In this document: positions 62,522-64,000 of the stretch, piece by piece
Position numbering within the stretch: the first letter of the stretch is position 1
How the letters are laid out: the number at the start of each line of letters is the position of its first letter
Assembly (NCBI GenBank): GCA_013265495.1
Contig: MU057999.1
Location: 310,001 to 374,000 of the forward strand
Direction: 5' to 3'
Length of the DNA: 64,000 bases
Origin: Vicugna vicugna
Taxonomy: Eukaryota
Program-made: the position numbers and the translations under genes
The notes under the pieces: generated by a model
Told to the model about the DNA's origin: nothing
The model's database searches: none
The model's input: the letters and a program-made list of their open reading frames with translations, nothing else

Positions 62522-63375
62522 CAGGACCAGCTACATAACTTGCAGGATCCAGTGCCCCCTTGTTCACAAAGGAGGAAAAAAAGTACTACCACAGTTACTA
62601 AAATAGTAAGCTTTTCCTTTCTTCTGCAGTCTCTCTCTTGATTCAACATGGTGTTTTTTATTTGCTATTGAATGCTGTCTTTAAGTAAAGAAAAATTAAA
62701 AATTTACACTGTTGCTATGAATTTTACCACCCATCTTTAAATTCTGCAATGCCAGTTTTAAATTTTAAAAAACTTAAAAGCATTTAACATATGTAAAATC
62801 ACAGAAACTATACAATTTATGCATGCATGCGTTTGTATTTCACTCCTACCAAACAGTGGAAACGTTGCATAAAACTGTTTTGATTTTACTTCTTCATATG
62901 CTTACCTTGTACCAACCAACATTCTCTACCTTCACCCTGCTGCTGAGCAAGGAGGACTGAACATCAAAGGAACTCTGGCTTGCCCAGTGTTGTTATCTGT
63001 CATCATTTTCAGAGTGAGTGAGTCACTAATACAGGGCAGTAATCCAAGTGAGAAAGGATACGGTGGGGTTCCTTGGTTATTTGTGCTTCTTAAAATGCCA
63101 CTGTTTTGTTTCTGCATTTGAAGCAAGTTCTGGTTCCAAAGGAAAGCATGGCCTCTCGGGGCCGTCATCTCCCACTTAGTCATGGACATGACACGCTTTC
63201 CTGTCCTCGCTTTGGGTCTTGGTAGAAGCCCATACGTTGTGAGTTCACCGGAGTTCTGTGCTCCTGGCACCTGTGCAAATGGAAGGCACGCATATCCCAT
63301 ACCCCCACTGTCCTGCTGGACTGCATGTACAGAGCACAGGCTCAAAGATCGAATTAATGATAAGTTCCAAACAGG
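62522..63375. mobile_element. MER45B-like hAT element
   Basis: caggaccagctacataacttgcaggatccagtgc terminus; internal sequence parallels MER45B as recalled. Confidence 0.7.
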
Positions 63376-63381
63376 AATAAG

Positions 63382-63525
63382 TGGGAGGGCGTAACTCAGT
63401 GGTAGAGGTGTGCTTAGCATGCACGAGGTCCTGGGTTCAATTTCCCATCCCTCCATTAATAAAAAACTAAATAAATAAATTAAGTAAAAACGTAACCCCC
63501 CCCCCCGCCCCCAAACCAAACAAAC
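63382..63525 (+). mobile_element. tRNA-derived SINE (Vic-1-like)
   Basis: gggagggcgtaactcagtggtagag...gaggtcctgggttcaatt. Confidence 0.9.
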
Positions 63526-63598
63526 AGGAATCCCCGCGTTAAATCGACATTTGCATGGAAGCCCTTCTGGGTGCAGATCCAGAATACAAGGTAAGCCT

Positions 63599-63710
63599 CA
63601 GGGCCGGCTTCACCCACGCTGCGTGACAAGGGCTGCAGCGACCAATGACACTCACGCACGCACATTGCACGGACCTCCTCTGCTCATGGACGTGGTCTGT
63701 TGTCCCATCG

Positions 63711-63746
<36 letters not shown>

Positions 63747-63885
63747 TTTACAAAACACAAGTTGAAGGTAACGTTATTAAGAATTTCAAGACGGTGACAA
63801 TCCACCATTAAACGGTGCGTGAGCCCTTCTGCGCGCGGCGCCCTCTGTAACTAACTACACAGGTCGCGCGCGCACGAAGCCGAGG
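63599..63885. mobile_element. MER45-like hAT element with (GT)n, CpG-rich
   Basis: cagggccggcttc...cgaagccg termini; tacaaaacacaagttgaagg...ttattaagaatttcaagacgg core. Confidence 0.75.
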
Positions 63886-64000
63886 GGGCGGAGGGCCGCC
63901 CCCTTCCGCTCTCCGCCGCCTGCCTGCTGGATGTCAGGGGCATAACACGCAGCCTCAGCAGCCACCAAGGACCATGTGGACGAGGGCCACGCCTAGGAAT

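Noticed and set aside
62932..63519. 195-aa minus-strand ORF
   Set aside because: Runs across SINE and MER45B-like sequence with no recognisable protein similarity.
6277..63525. tRNA-like sequences with A and B boxes (about nine copies)
   Set aside because: They have A-rich tails, family-specific 3' extensions and mutations, so they are SINEs rather than tRNA genes.
1..64000. CRISPR arrays, operons or other prokaryotic or viral defence systems
   Set aside because: The sequence is plainly mammalian; no repeat-spacer arrays or intact foreign ORFs were seen.

Overview
Mammalian genomic DNA, most likely a camelid (alpaca/llama/camel), judged from abundant tRNA-derived Vic-1-like SINEs and cetartiodactyl-type L1 3' ends. 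The only host gene I can support is RYK on the minus strand. Exon 1 lies in a CpG island at about 26.9-27.7 kb, encodes ...GPSVSLYLSEDEVRRLI/G, ends at a GTGAGT donor at 27134, and has its start codon hidden in a 241-N gap. Positions 1-27134 are RYK intron 1 (I did not see exon 2); about 27.7-64 kb is upstream intergenic DNA. Most of the window is transposable-element debris (L1, L2, MIR, SINEs, ERV/MaLR LTRs, hAT and Tigger elements). Nearly all ORFs in the track are L1 remnants or chance ORFs. I found no convincing new biological system. The best observations are a nucleolin (NCL) retrocopy nested in an intronic L1, two short uORFs in the RYK leader (one poly-Arg), two twin-primed inverted L1s (one with an in-frame ORF1-ORF2 deletion fusion), a MER41-like LTR with degenerate tandem GAS sites upstream of RYK, two CTCF-like motifs and a MER53 hairpin. 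Repeat family names and reference sequences are recalled from memory, not searched, and repeat boundaries are approximate unless a target-site duplication (TSD) is given.
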